The translations under genes and the position numbers were made by a program. 64,000 nucleotides of DNA from assembly GCA_025594325.1 (NCBI GenBank), contig JANHCV010000001.1, forward strand, positions 2,356,001-2,420,000, written 5' to 3'. Positions 34,840-45,240 of the stretch are shown one piece after another. The DNA comes from Blastocladiella emersonii ATCC 22665. Lineage: Eukaryota; Fungi; Blastocladiomycota. Each line of letters starts with the position of its first letter. The first letter of the stretch is position 1. Under the pieces are notes generated by a model. It had not been told where the DNA came from, ran no database searches, and was given only the letters and a program-made list of their open reading frames with translations.

Positions 34840-37800
34840 ATGCCACCACTACAACGCCGCGTGCGGGCCATCATCGCCAAGGCGCAGCTCAAGACGCTCG
34901 CACTGGCTGGCCGCGCTGCCGTACTCGACTCGGACCGAGTACGTCTCGCTGCGGCCGTGATCCCTGGTCGGGAGGCCCACTTACGCCGTCCTCGCGCACG
35001 CATGTAGCGGCTACCACCGAGCCCGATCGAGGCAAGTAAAGCGACGCCCAAGGAGCTCCTCGAGTATCTTCGGCGGCACGGCGTCGTGACGGCAAGGAGG
35101 CCAGATGAGGTCTCCGACCCTGCTGCTGCCGAGCTCCAGGATGCCGCACAGATCCTGCTTCTGCTGTACGCACGCGATTCCCCCTTCCCCTGAGCCGTTC
35201 CTGGTTTGCTGACCTGGTTGTGTCTCCTCATGTAGCGCGTTCATTCACGAGGCGGCCAAGCAGTCGGTTCGGGTGGACGCCGAGGTCGCTCGCCACGGTC
35301 AGCGGGCACCTGGGAGCGCGCATGTCGACGAGAAACTGGATCAGGTACGACAGTTCCTGCTCAAGAGTCTGCCATGGTCGCTGACACTGCTCTGGTCCAT
35401 GTAGATCCTCGCCGCCATCGCGTCCCTGACCGGTTCGGTCACGGTGCTTCAGTCTCAAGTCGGAGCGCTCACGGGTGCGGCCGTCCCGTCGCCCGCGACA
35501 CCTAAGCCAACAAGCGCATCTGCACCACCACCGGTCCCGCTCAAGGACGCAACATCCGCCTCGGTTCCGCATGATGCCGCGTCCGAGCCGTCCTCGAGTG
35601 CAGCCGCGGCCACGGACAAGCACAAGCAGCGCACCCTCGACGCGCTCCACGGCTTCCGGCACCCACGCCGTGACTCGGCCGCGTCCATTTCGTCGAATGC
35701 CACGACCACGGATCTCGGTGACCTCGCCACGGCGTACCGGCGCCTGGTCCTGTCGTCGACCTCCCTGCCGCATCGCGACTCGGCCGTGTCCGTGGCATCG
35801 TCGTCGCGCACCATCGGACGCGACTCGGCGTGTTTTGCCGACACGGACACCGAGTCCGAGGCCGGCGGCTCCGGTGCTGGGCTCGAAAAGTCTCGCCGAC
35901 GCGTCACGATCGACATTTCGCCTACGCAAGTCCTCGCCATGAACGCGGCTGCTCCCGTCACGGCCATGACCTCGACACTCGATCTCGCGTCGGAGAGCGC
36001 GCCGCGTCTCGCCGGCGCGTCCAAGCTCATCCCAACGCCCACGTCGTCGCCGGCACCTCGCTCATCGACCCCCGCACCCGCCGAGGTCGCCGAGGAGAAG
36101 GCCAGCGTGCCCGAGTCGGCATCATCACCCGTGCCTGTTGCGCCCGTCCCGCGCAAGGCCGTCGGCGCCGTCGCGCGCCTGATCCACCAGTTCGAGTCCA
36201 ACAAGTCGCCCGCGCCTGCACCGCCATCTCCGGCGGCCCGGCCCGCGCCGGCTCGTCGTTCCTCGGCTGTTCTCAAGGCGGCTGCGTCGATCCTCGGCAC
36301 TTCGCCCTCCTCGCCCTCGCCCTCGCCCTCGCCCTCGTCCTCGCCAAGCCCGGCTCCTGCCAAGACCGAGCCCAAGTCGGCCCCGGCTTCCTCGAGTGTC
36401 GCGTTCAAGCCGCTGCCACGGACACCGACGCCGACGCTGGCCGCCAAGCCCGCGATGCGCATGCTCCCGCGCCGCCCGCTTCGTTCCTCGCTGTCGTCGT
36501 CCCCGAGCAGCAGCACCACCACGATCGGCGGCGCCTCGTCCGAGGACGACTCGGCTTACGAGTCCTCGTCAACCCTCTCGACACCGTCCTTTTCCTCGCC
36601 CGTGTCGCGTCTCCTCGCCGCCGACGACCACACCCTCGCGCCGCCCGTCCGCACCTCGAGCCCGTTCGACCTCGTCGCTGCAGGGCACGCGCTCTCGGGC
36701 TACCGCGCCTCGCCGCTCGCGACGGGGTCCGTGACCTCCCTCAACCCGATCATGGAGGAGGAGGAGGTCGACGACCGCGAGGCCGAGGAGGCTGAGGAGG
36801 AGGTGGTTGTCGTCCAGGAGGTCAAGGAGATTGTGGCGCCCGACATGGTCGATGACGACGAGCTCGAGCTGATCCTCGAGCGCGCGTATCTCGACGAGCT
36901 CCTCGACATGCAGCGGTTCGCGCTCTCGGATATTGAAGGGCTCGTGACCGAGCTTGACGATGATGACGACGAGGAGGAGGAGGTGGACGCGGACACGAGC
37001 GATTTCGACGAGGAGGAGGGTGCCGTCGACTCGGACGACGACTTCAGCGACGCCATGTCTGTGCTGTCCGACTCGCCCGACCGCGACGACCAGGTGCACA
37101 TCCTCGCACACGAGCCCGAGCTGCTGCACATTGGCGACAGCGACGACGCCATGGACGGGCCGTCGCCGATCCCGGCCTCGATGCAGCCCGCGCACGCGCA
37201 CTCGCATGCCCGCGTCCGGCCCGCTGCTGTTGCCGAGCCCTCGCCGCGCCCCACGTCGTGGTACCTGTCCGAGCAGGCCACCGAGGCGCGCAAGGGCCTC
37301 CCGCTCGACGAGTCGCGCGGCGAGGCGTACCCGTGGCACGTGCACCCGCTCGAGCGCGGCAACGAGTGCTGCAACATGCACTCGCAGATCATGTCGCACC
37401 GCCTGCCCGTGTCGCCGTTCGCCACAAAGTACCAGATCGCCGGCAAGCGCACGCTGCCGCTCCCCGAATCGCCGTCGTCGCCGCGCGTCAACTCGGCGGC
37501 CAAGGGCACCGGTGGCTCGAAGAGTGTACCGGCGTCGGGCCGCGGGAACCGGGCCAGCACCATGAGCACGCAGAGCGCGCCGTCCGGTTCCGCGGCAGCG
37601 CGTGGTTCGGACAAGGGGTTCGGTACCGCTGCAACCGCCAAGGACGGGCCTGCTGCGCGTGGACCCGGCCGTCGGCCGTGGTCGACGATGAGCGCGCCCG
37701 TCACGCCGCCTCGGTCGTCGGCACCTACGCCGCAGCAGCAGTCGTCGTCGCCATCACCTCGCTCTTCGACCATTCAGCCCTCGCCCCCTGCCTCAACCTC

Positions 37801-38365
37801 GCCTTCAACGCCACGCCGCGGCCGCCGCCCTCGCTCCGCCATGGGCCCGTCGACGCCGCCGGCACCCATCGAGCCACGCGCGCGCACCACGCTGCTCTCA
37901 GCGCCGCTCCTCCCCTCCATGGCCTCGGCCGCGACCGCCAACATGTACACGCCAGCGGCTGGGCCGCTCATTTCCGGTGCGTCGGTCGCCACCGCCCACG
38001 CGCACCTGGTCGCCGACTCGGTCTCTGGTCCCGCGCGGCGCGGGTCTGCCATGGCACCAACCCGTGCCGCCGCGGGCGAGTCGGGTGTGATGCCCGCCGG
38101 TCGGAGCAGCGGGGCCGGGTACTCGGCGGCGACGGCGACAAGTTCCGCGTCCGTGGCCGCACTCCTCGGCGGCGGCAACGGAAACGACTCGCAGCCAAGC
38201 GTCCCGCGGCGCACGTCGGTCAGCTCGTACGGAGCGTACCGCCACGTCGCGAGCGTTGCCGTGTCGCCAACAGCGGGCTCACCGCGCTCAGCCGTCGACC
38301 CAAGTGCCGGCGCCGCCGCGCTCGCGGGTCGCGCCGCGCCCACGGTCACGGTCCGCTGCCGATGA
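34840..38365 (+). CDS. Hypothetical low-complexity protein of about 1100 aa; exons 34840-34938, 35008-35165, 35236-35344, 35405-38365
   Basis: Three canonical introns (GTACG..CATGTAG) join in frame to the 973-codon ORF; helical N-terminus, S/P-rich body, D/E tract. Confidence 0.75.
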
Positions 38366-38489
38366 TCCCCCTTCTCCCTCAGTTGTAGATTTGCCTTTTC
38401 TACCCCCTCCGCCGGCCTCGCGCGCCGCCGGGTTTTGAGACCATACCATGTACACATTTTTACATATTACAGTAGTCTATTCGAACATC

Positions 38490-40571
38490 TCATGGCGGCG
38501 GCGCGTCCCGTTGCGCCTGCAGCTCCTCGAGCGAGCGCAACCTCGCCTCCCACTCGTCGGCGAGCTGTGCGTCGGGCTCACCGCCGTCCCATCCGCTGCG
38601 CAGGTGCTCGACGAGCTTGCGCGTCGCCTCGACGTGGCCCATCCACGCGGCGCGGTAATAGTACGACACGGCCGCGCTCAGCGAGGCGGGGATCGACAGC
38701 GCGCTGGCCGCCGTCGCGGGCATGCTGGTCGCCCACCCGCGCGAGCCTGCAGCGGGCGCCGGGTCGCCCTGAACCGCGGGCCACGGCGCTGGTTCCTCGT
38801 CCTGCGCATCGCCAGCGTCTCCGTCTGCCGAGTCCGGGAGCCGCGGCGGGAACGGCGGCGGCGCAAGGACCGCGGGCACGACGGGTCCCTCGAGCCCCGT
38901 CTCGTACACGGTTCCGATATGGAACAGCGCGTCAGCGCTGGCCGGGACCTGCGCAGCGGCCGCGTGCCACGCGTGCCACGCGTCGGCGTACCGGCCCATG
39001 GTCCACCACACGTACCCGAGGTTCGCAAGCGCATGGACGTCCCCGCGCGCGGCGGCCGCGCGGTACCACGTCATGGCGAGCACCCAGTCCCTCGGCACGC
39101 CGCGGCCCATCTCGTAGCACGCGCCGAGCGAGTTCATCGCCCTCGCCGACCCAGCCCGCGCCGCCGTCGCCCACATCGCCGCCGCGGCCTCCCAGTCGCC
39201 ACGCACGCGCGCGCGGTTCGCCATGGCGGTGCGCGCCGTCGCGCACCCGCGCCGCGCCGCCTCGGCGTACCACTCGTCGGCGCGCTTCGTGTTCCCGCTG
39301 CGGTCCGCGAGCGCCGCGAGCGCCGTCATGGCCGGGACGTGCCCGGCGCGAGACGCCGCGAGGAACAGGTCCGCGGCGCGCCGCGTGTCCCGCGCGACAA
39401 CGCGGCCGCGCGCGTACATGAGCGCGAGCGCCGTCATGGCCTCTGCGCTCGGGGTCGCGGGTTTCGGCGCGGTCTCGCCGGCAGCGCGTCGGTAGCACGC
39501 GAGGGCCGCGGGCAGGTCGATGGCGGTGCCGAGCCCGCGCTCGTGCAGCGTGCCGAGCAGGTGCCACGAGGGTGCGTGTGGCGGGTTGACTTGCGCAGCG
39601 TCGGAGAGCAGCTGGAACGCGGTCGCGTTGCAGTGCGGGACGCCGAGGCCGTGCAGGTACCGCTCGGCGAGCGCGTACAGCCGCCCCGCGTCGTTGAGCG
39701 CGTGCTCGTTCCGTGCGCTCGAGGCGTCGGGCGAGGAGGCGCGTGAGTCGTCCTTGCGCTTGCCGCCGCGGAGATGCATCGCGGCCAGTTTGGCGGACAG
39801 GAGCTGGTCGAGGTCGACGGCGGGCGTCTGCGCGGGACTCTTCTCGCGCGCCTCGGCCATGGCGATCGAGAGCACTGACAGCTACACAAAGAGAGTGGCG
39901 TTAGAGAGACTCGATGGAGAGGCATTGGGTGTGAGAAGACAACGTACGACATCTCGAAGCGTCGCTCGCGCCGAGTGAGCAAGAGTAGCCAACTTGTTGC
40001 GTCGGGACCCGGGGAACAGCTTGGCCGTGATGGGCTGGTTAGCGCCCGTGATGCGGCGGAGACTGAACTCGAGCCGGAGCAGCGCGAGGTGGTGCTCGTA
40101 GAGGGCGCACTCGAGGGGACCACCGCCCGCGTCTTTGCCACACCGAAACAGCTGCGAGGGACCGTAGCCGGCGGTCTCGCTGACCGTCTTGAGTGCGGCG
40201 CCGAGCGGGTCGACGATGCTGTCCAGCGTCGACTACGAGATGGGCGATTAGCTTAAGGCCGAGACGGAGCAAAGCACCGATCGTACTCTCAGGTAGACGA
40301 GCGACGCGCGAATCGGCTCCCACGGCGCATCCTTGGGAAGCCGCTCCGTCTCGGCCCCGATGGCCGACATGATGGTGATAGTTTCGCCGAGCTCGAGGAC
40401 CCCGCCGGCGAGTCGGACCCTCTGTGTGAAAGCAGAGTCGCGCGTCGGGCTGTACAGTGGCGACGGGACCGCCGTCTGCGCGGTCATGGGCGTTTTGAGT
40501 TCATTTTGCTGCTGGGCAATTGGCGCCGAGATTTGGATTGCAGGAGGTCGCTGATGCGTTGGGACAGGCAT
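38490..40571 (-). CDS. Sel1-like repeat protein; introns 39882-39947, 40233-40286; start codon uncertain
   Basis: LAERYLHGLGV, LLGTLHERGLGTAIDLPAALACY, AMNSLGACYEMGRGVPRDWVLAMTWYRAAA, LFHIGTVYETG. Confidence 0.85.
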
Positions 40572-40631
40572 TTCATTGCTTGGCGATGGTCAAGGGTTGA
40601 CCGCGGACTTGAGGTGGCGCAGCGAAAAGCG

Positions 40632-40649
40632 ACGCGTCTCGAGACGCGT
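40632..40649. promoter_or_regulatory. Perfect 18-bp palindrome ACGCGTCTCGAGACGCGT (two inverted GAGACGCGT half-sites)
   Basis: Read directly; lies in the divergent Sel1 / TM-G-alpha promoter. Confidence 0.55.
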
Positions 40650-40924
40650 TGCGGGTGCGAGACAGTTCGCACGTGCGGGTCAGGTGATTGCGACGCGCGA
40701 CGCGTCTCGCCTCGTTTCCACTCGCGCGCGCGCGTCCGCGCCGTGATCGGGATCCAGCGGGACGGGCGGTGCACGGCCGCAGGTGGCGCGAGACACGCCG
40801 CGTCTGGTGGAGCGGCCCGCGTCTCGTCTCGTATTCCAGGCCTCGCTGCATTGGAGACATTTGACCAGTCCTCGCGCGCGCACGCACGCTGTGTGCGACA
40901 CATCCACCACCACCCGGCGCGGCC

Positions 40925-40950
40925 GCACGCACGCACGCACGCACGCACGC
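40925..40950 (+). repeat. (GCAC)6 microsatellite
   Basis: Read directly. Confidence 0.9.
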
Positions 40951-41588
40951 CAATACTACTGCTGCGGCGTGAGCACGCGCGCGTCCCACTGCACTGCATA
41001 CTGCACTACTCGCCGCCGACCCCTCACGGCGCAAACTTTGCCCAAGCACGAGCACGCCGGGGCTCATCCTGGGGCCGCGCCACGAACGAGGTAGTGTGAT
41101 CACGCTTGCTGCCTCGATACGATCCACACGGGGGGAGCTGGGCTGCCGACTTTCGGCGGACCCCTGCGTGTGCGATACTCTGCCACCCGCTCGCCCGCCC
41201 GCGCACACATTGCAACTCACACCCCTCGCATCGCTCCCCTTGGTCGTCCAGGTCGCACCCGTCACTCGTACCTGATCAGAGATCATCATCTTGCACCATT
41301 ATCGCGCCGCCGGTCGGCCATCTCGCTCGCTCGCCCGCCCTGTGGGCTCGATCGCCGCTCTACGACGGCGCTCCCTACTCGCTGCACGTCTCGCCGCGCG
41401 CCACCGCCGCGCTCGCGACTCAGCGCCGCGCAGACCCATCGTACTTCTCGACGCCGACTCGACGATCCGCCTCGCTCTACGCTGGGCGTGGGGCCCGCCT
41501 CATCGTCGTCGTCCACGAGCGTCCCGCTACTCGAAACCACACCTGCTCCTGTCCGTGACACGGGCCAGATCCTCGCTCGCGCATCGCC

Positions 41589-44500
41589 ATGTCCGAGCCC
41601 GACACAACACCACCACCCGAGGCCTCGCCCGAAAGGGTCGACGGTTCTCCCTCGCCCCCTCCTCCACCTCGAGCAGCCTCCGCCTCGTCCGTGACCCGCC
41701 CGCGCTCCGAGGTGGAGCTGACGCCGTCGGACCCGCACGCTGTCGCCATTTCCTCCTCTACCACCGCGTCCGATGCACCAACACCACAACCGACCGCGCC
41801 GCCACCACCCGGCCCTCCCGAGGCCGTCGTGACCATCATCTCCTCGGACGGCCCTGACGGCGCAGCAGTCGGCCGAGGCGGCAGTGGCGGTGGAATACCT
41901 GCGCTGCACACGAACGGGGTCCCGGTCGGCGGCGGCGAGTCGGCTGCTGCGCCACCAGAACCGCCCTCGCCAACGACGACGAACGCCGGCGACCCCGACG
42001 CGCCGTCCGAGGCGGCCAGCACGAGCCCGCTCATCACGGCCGGCAGCGTCGCGCTGTCGCTCCCGCTCACCTCGGTCAACGCCGGCGGAGGGTCGGCCAT
42101 CACCGTCGACGGCCTGTACGAGCAGGCCCTGGCCGGCGCCGGCGCCTCGTTCGCGTCGGGCGACGGCGCGGGACCTAACGGCGGCGCGACCGCGCTCGAT
42201 ACCGACATTCCGCCAACGCCGACGTCGGACGCCGGGTCCAAACCGCGTCGACCGGGCGGCAGTACCGCAGCAGGTGCCGGACCCGGTGGGGCGGGCGGGG
42301 GCGGGGGCGGCGCGGGCGGCGGTGGGGGCGGCGACAAGGACGACCCGATCATGATGAACAACCACCACCGGCGACCGGCGGTCGCGGACATGAAGGCGGG
42401 TCTGCCGAACCTGCTCGAGGTGGACGACGAGAAGGAGAGCGCGCTGGCGCGGCTGCAGCGGCGGGTCGAGGAGCGGCGCGCGCACCTCGAGAAGATCCCG
42501 GTCAGCCAGCGGTATCTCGGCGAGACGTCGTGGTGGCACTTTTCGACGTCCATCATCTTCGCGGGGCTCGCCATGCTCAACTTCGGCATCAACATCCGCA
42601 TCATCCTGTCGGACGTGCCGACGGTGCTCGCGCTGCCGCCGTCGGACCGGCGATACGAGCTCCTGACGCCCAACATCCGCGCGCTGCTCGAGATCTTCAA
42701 CGCCATCCTCCTGTACGGGCTCGTCAAGGACGCGGGCCGCGGGCTCATCTTCATTATCCTCGTCGCCACGAGCAACATGAACTGGGCCATGCTCAAGTGG
42801 GGCTACGCCTTTATCGCGCACTCGCCCTTCTTGCTACCCCTCTTCCTCTCGACGACGCACCGCGCCAAGATGATCCCCGCGCTCTCGCTCATCAACCACC
42901 CGAAGAGTACGTCGTCTCGGTCTCTTCCTTGTTCGCGCCGAGCTAACCACCGCGTGTAGTCGTGTTCTGGGACATTTTCTTCGGCGATGTGCCGTCGGCG
43001 ATCCTGTCGTTTCTCGTCAACTACGGGCAGTGGAACGCGATTGTGCCGATTCTCACCATCGCAGCCATTTTCTTCACGACGCTGTCGCGCCTCACGCGGT
43101 TCCTGTGGATTGCCCTGCTCATGATGAACGAGTACGGCCAGAAGCGCGCGCGGTCGCTCCGCCTGCTCAAGCACCTGTACCTCTGGGGTCGCGGGCTCGA
43201 GTACTACATTGTGTTTCTCGGTACGTTCACGCGTCTTGACTCGTGGTTTGTGGCCGTGCTGACCTTCGACTCGTGCGTGTAGGCGATGATGCGGACAAGC
43301 AAAAGCTCATGTGCGCCGATCCGGGAACCGTGGTGGCGCAGCAACCCCCTCGCTGACGCGTCGCCGCCGCCACACGTGTGTGTAGCCAACACGTCAAGTC
43401 GCGGGTGCAAGAGTTCCAGGAGATGAAGGCCAAGCACATCCAGGACGCGTGGGCGCGCGGGTTCAAGTCGATCATCATCCTCAACACGCTGCAGACCGTG
43501 GTCAGCCTGCTCAGCGGCATCTACCGGTTCCAGCTCGACAAGGCGCCCGACGTGTCCAAGGATCTGGCCGAGGTGCGCGGTTCACCGTAATGCTGCTTGC
43601 AAGGGAAAACTGACCACCAAGCCGTGTAGTTTGAGCGGATCGTGCGCGAGTACGAGCCCGAGCTGATCGCGCTGCGCAACAAGGAGCTGTGGAAGCTGAG
43701 CATCAAGGACCGGCACATTGACGTGATCAACCAGCTTTGGAAGTGCGAGCTAGTCAAGGCGTCGCTGAAAAAGTTCCAGACCACGCACGCCGACAAGTGG
43801 CAGGAGCGCCGCTTCTCGCGTCTGCTCGGCGTCAAGGACATTCTCGACGACCCGCACCAGATCACCTCGCTGCTGAGTTCGTCGCTCGCCGTCGACGAGT
43901 AGTACGTTGCGCGCTGCCTTCCACGGGATCTTCTCGGAGCTCACGGCAAACAACGACCCCGTGTGTAGCTGCCTGTCGAACGCAAGCCGGATCTTGCAAA
44001 ACGACTACGAGCCGACGCCCGAGGACCTGTCGCACATGCCCATCAGTCTGACGGAGCTGCTCTTCACCGAGCTGTGCAAGTCGGTCTCGTACCACGTCAA
44101 GGACAAGGTGCTGGCCAACAACATTTGCATCCTCGACGTGCCCAAGGGTTTCTCGCGGACCAAGCTGCAGGCGCTGGTACGCTCACTCTCATCGCTCCTC
44201 CAGTCCATGGCCACGGACTCACACCTCGCTCATCCGCGCAACCACAGATTCCCTTCTGCCAGACGCTGATCCTGTTCCTCGACATGAACAAGTTCGACGA
44301 GATGGTGATGCTGGCCAAGCCCAAGAGCAAGCACCCGCACGGCGGCCACCACGCGGGCGGCGGCGGCCATGGCCTCGCGAGCCTGTCGCCCGTCAGCATC
44401 GTGCAGCACGGCGGGCCCGATGTCGTCGAGCTGTCGGCCATGGACCTGCCCATGGGCGGCACGCAGTCGGGCGCGAACCTCGGGACCACGTCGAGCGAGC

Positions 44501-44997
44501 TGCCGAACCCGAACGGGACGGCGGCCGGCGGTGGCGCGGGCGCCGGTGGGGCCACGGCCACGAACGGGCGCGACGGGTCAGCAGCAGGCGGCGGAGCGGC
44601 CCCCGGCGGCGGCGGGTCGGGCGGTGTGCTCAAGCCAAGGTTGCAGGTGGAGCTCGAGTTCTTTGAGCGGATCTGCAACGCCAAGGACAAGAACAACATG
44701 GTGACGGGGATCCTGGTGTTCTGGAAGAACTACAGCGTGTTCAAGTCGCGCGTCAACACGCCGGGCACGCTCGACAACTTCACCAAGCTGTACCCGGACT
44801 ACAACGAGCGAAGTCACGGCACGCTCAACGGGCCCAACGTGATCCGCTACTTCAAGCGCCGCATCCTGCGCGCCGCCAACCCGGGCGACCGCTACGTGTC
44901 CATCATCCCCGACTGGGAGCTCAACCGCCGCTTCGACCTGTTCGCCACGCTCAACGAGGTCATCTTCGACCACTATGTCGTGCACCGTGTGACCTAA
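41589..44997 (+). CDS. Multi-pass membrane protein fused to a degenerate heterotrimeric G-protein alpha domain (1007 aa); exons 41589-42906, 42960-43220, 43283-43310, 43386-43572, 43630-43901, 43969-44176, 44248-44997
   Basis: Exon lengths sum to 3024 nt (1007 aa plus stop) with all introns GT..AG. The C-terminal half is collinear with G-alpha: YIVFLGDDADKQKLIQHVK, GFKSIIILNTLQTVVSLL, INQLWKC, EYCLSNASRILQNDYEPTPEDL, ICILDVPKG, LILFLDMNKFDE, FFERICN, ILVFWKNYSVFKSRV, FTKLYPDY. Confidence 0.85.
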
Positions 44998-45240
44998 CCC
45001 CCCTCTCTAGACCAACGGACGGGGCGGGCGGGGGCAGCGGCGGGTTCTCGGCGGCGTTGTGTGTGATCCGTTCGTTGTTGACTGTCCTGTCCTCCCTCAT
45101 TCCGTTACCAACCACAGTAAACACGCGCGCGCGAAAGTTTTGGAATCGGGATTGATTGATTCGCGAGGGAACGAACGGACTGAGAGAGCTCGGCAAAGGG
45201 AGGAAGAATATACATAGGGAACGACACTCGCGACGCGGGA

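Noticed and set aside
43900-43902. In-frame TAG in the TM-G-alpha gene suggesting a pseudogene or two genes
   Set aside because: It overlaps a consensus donor (TA|GTACGT at 43902); splicing to 43969 gives Tyr and the G-alpha-like EYCLSNASRI.
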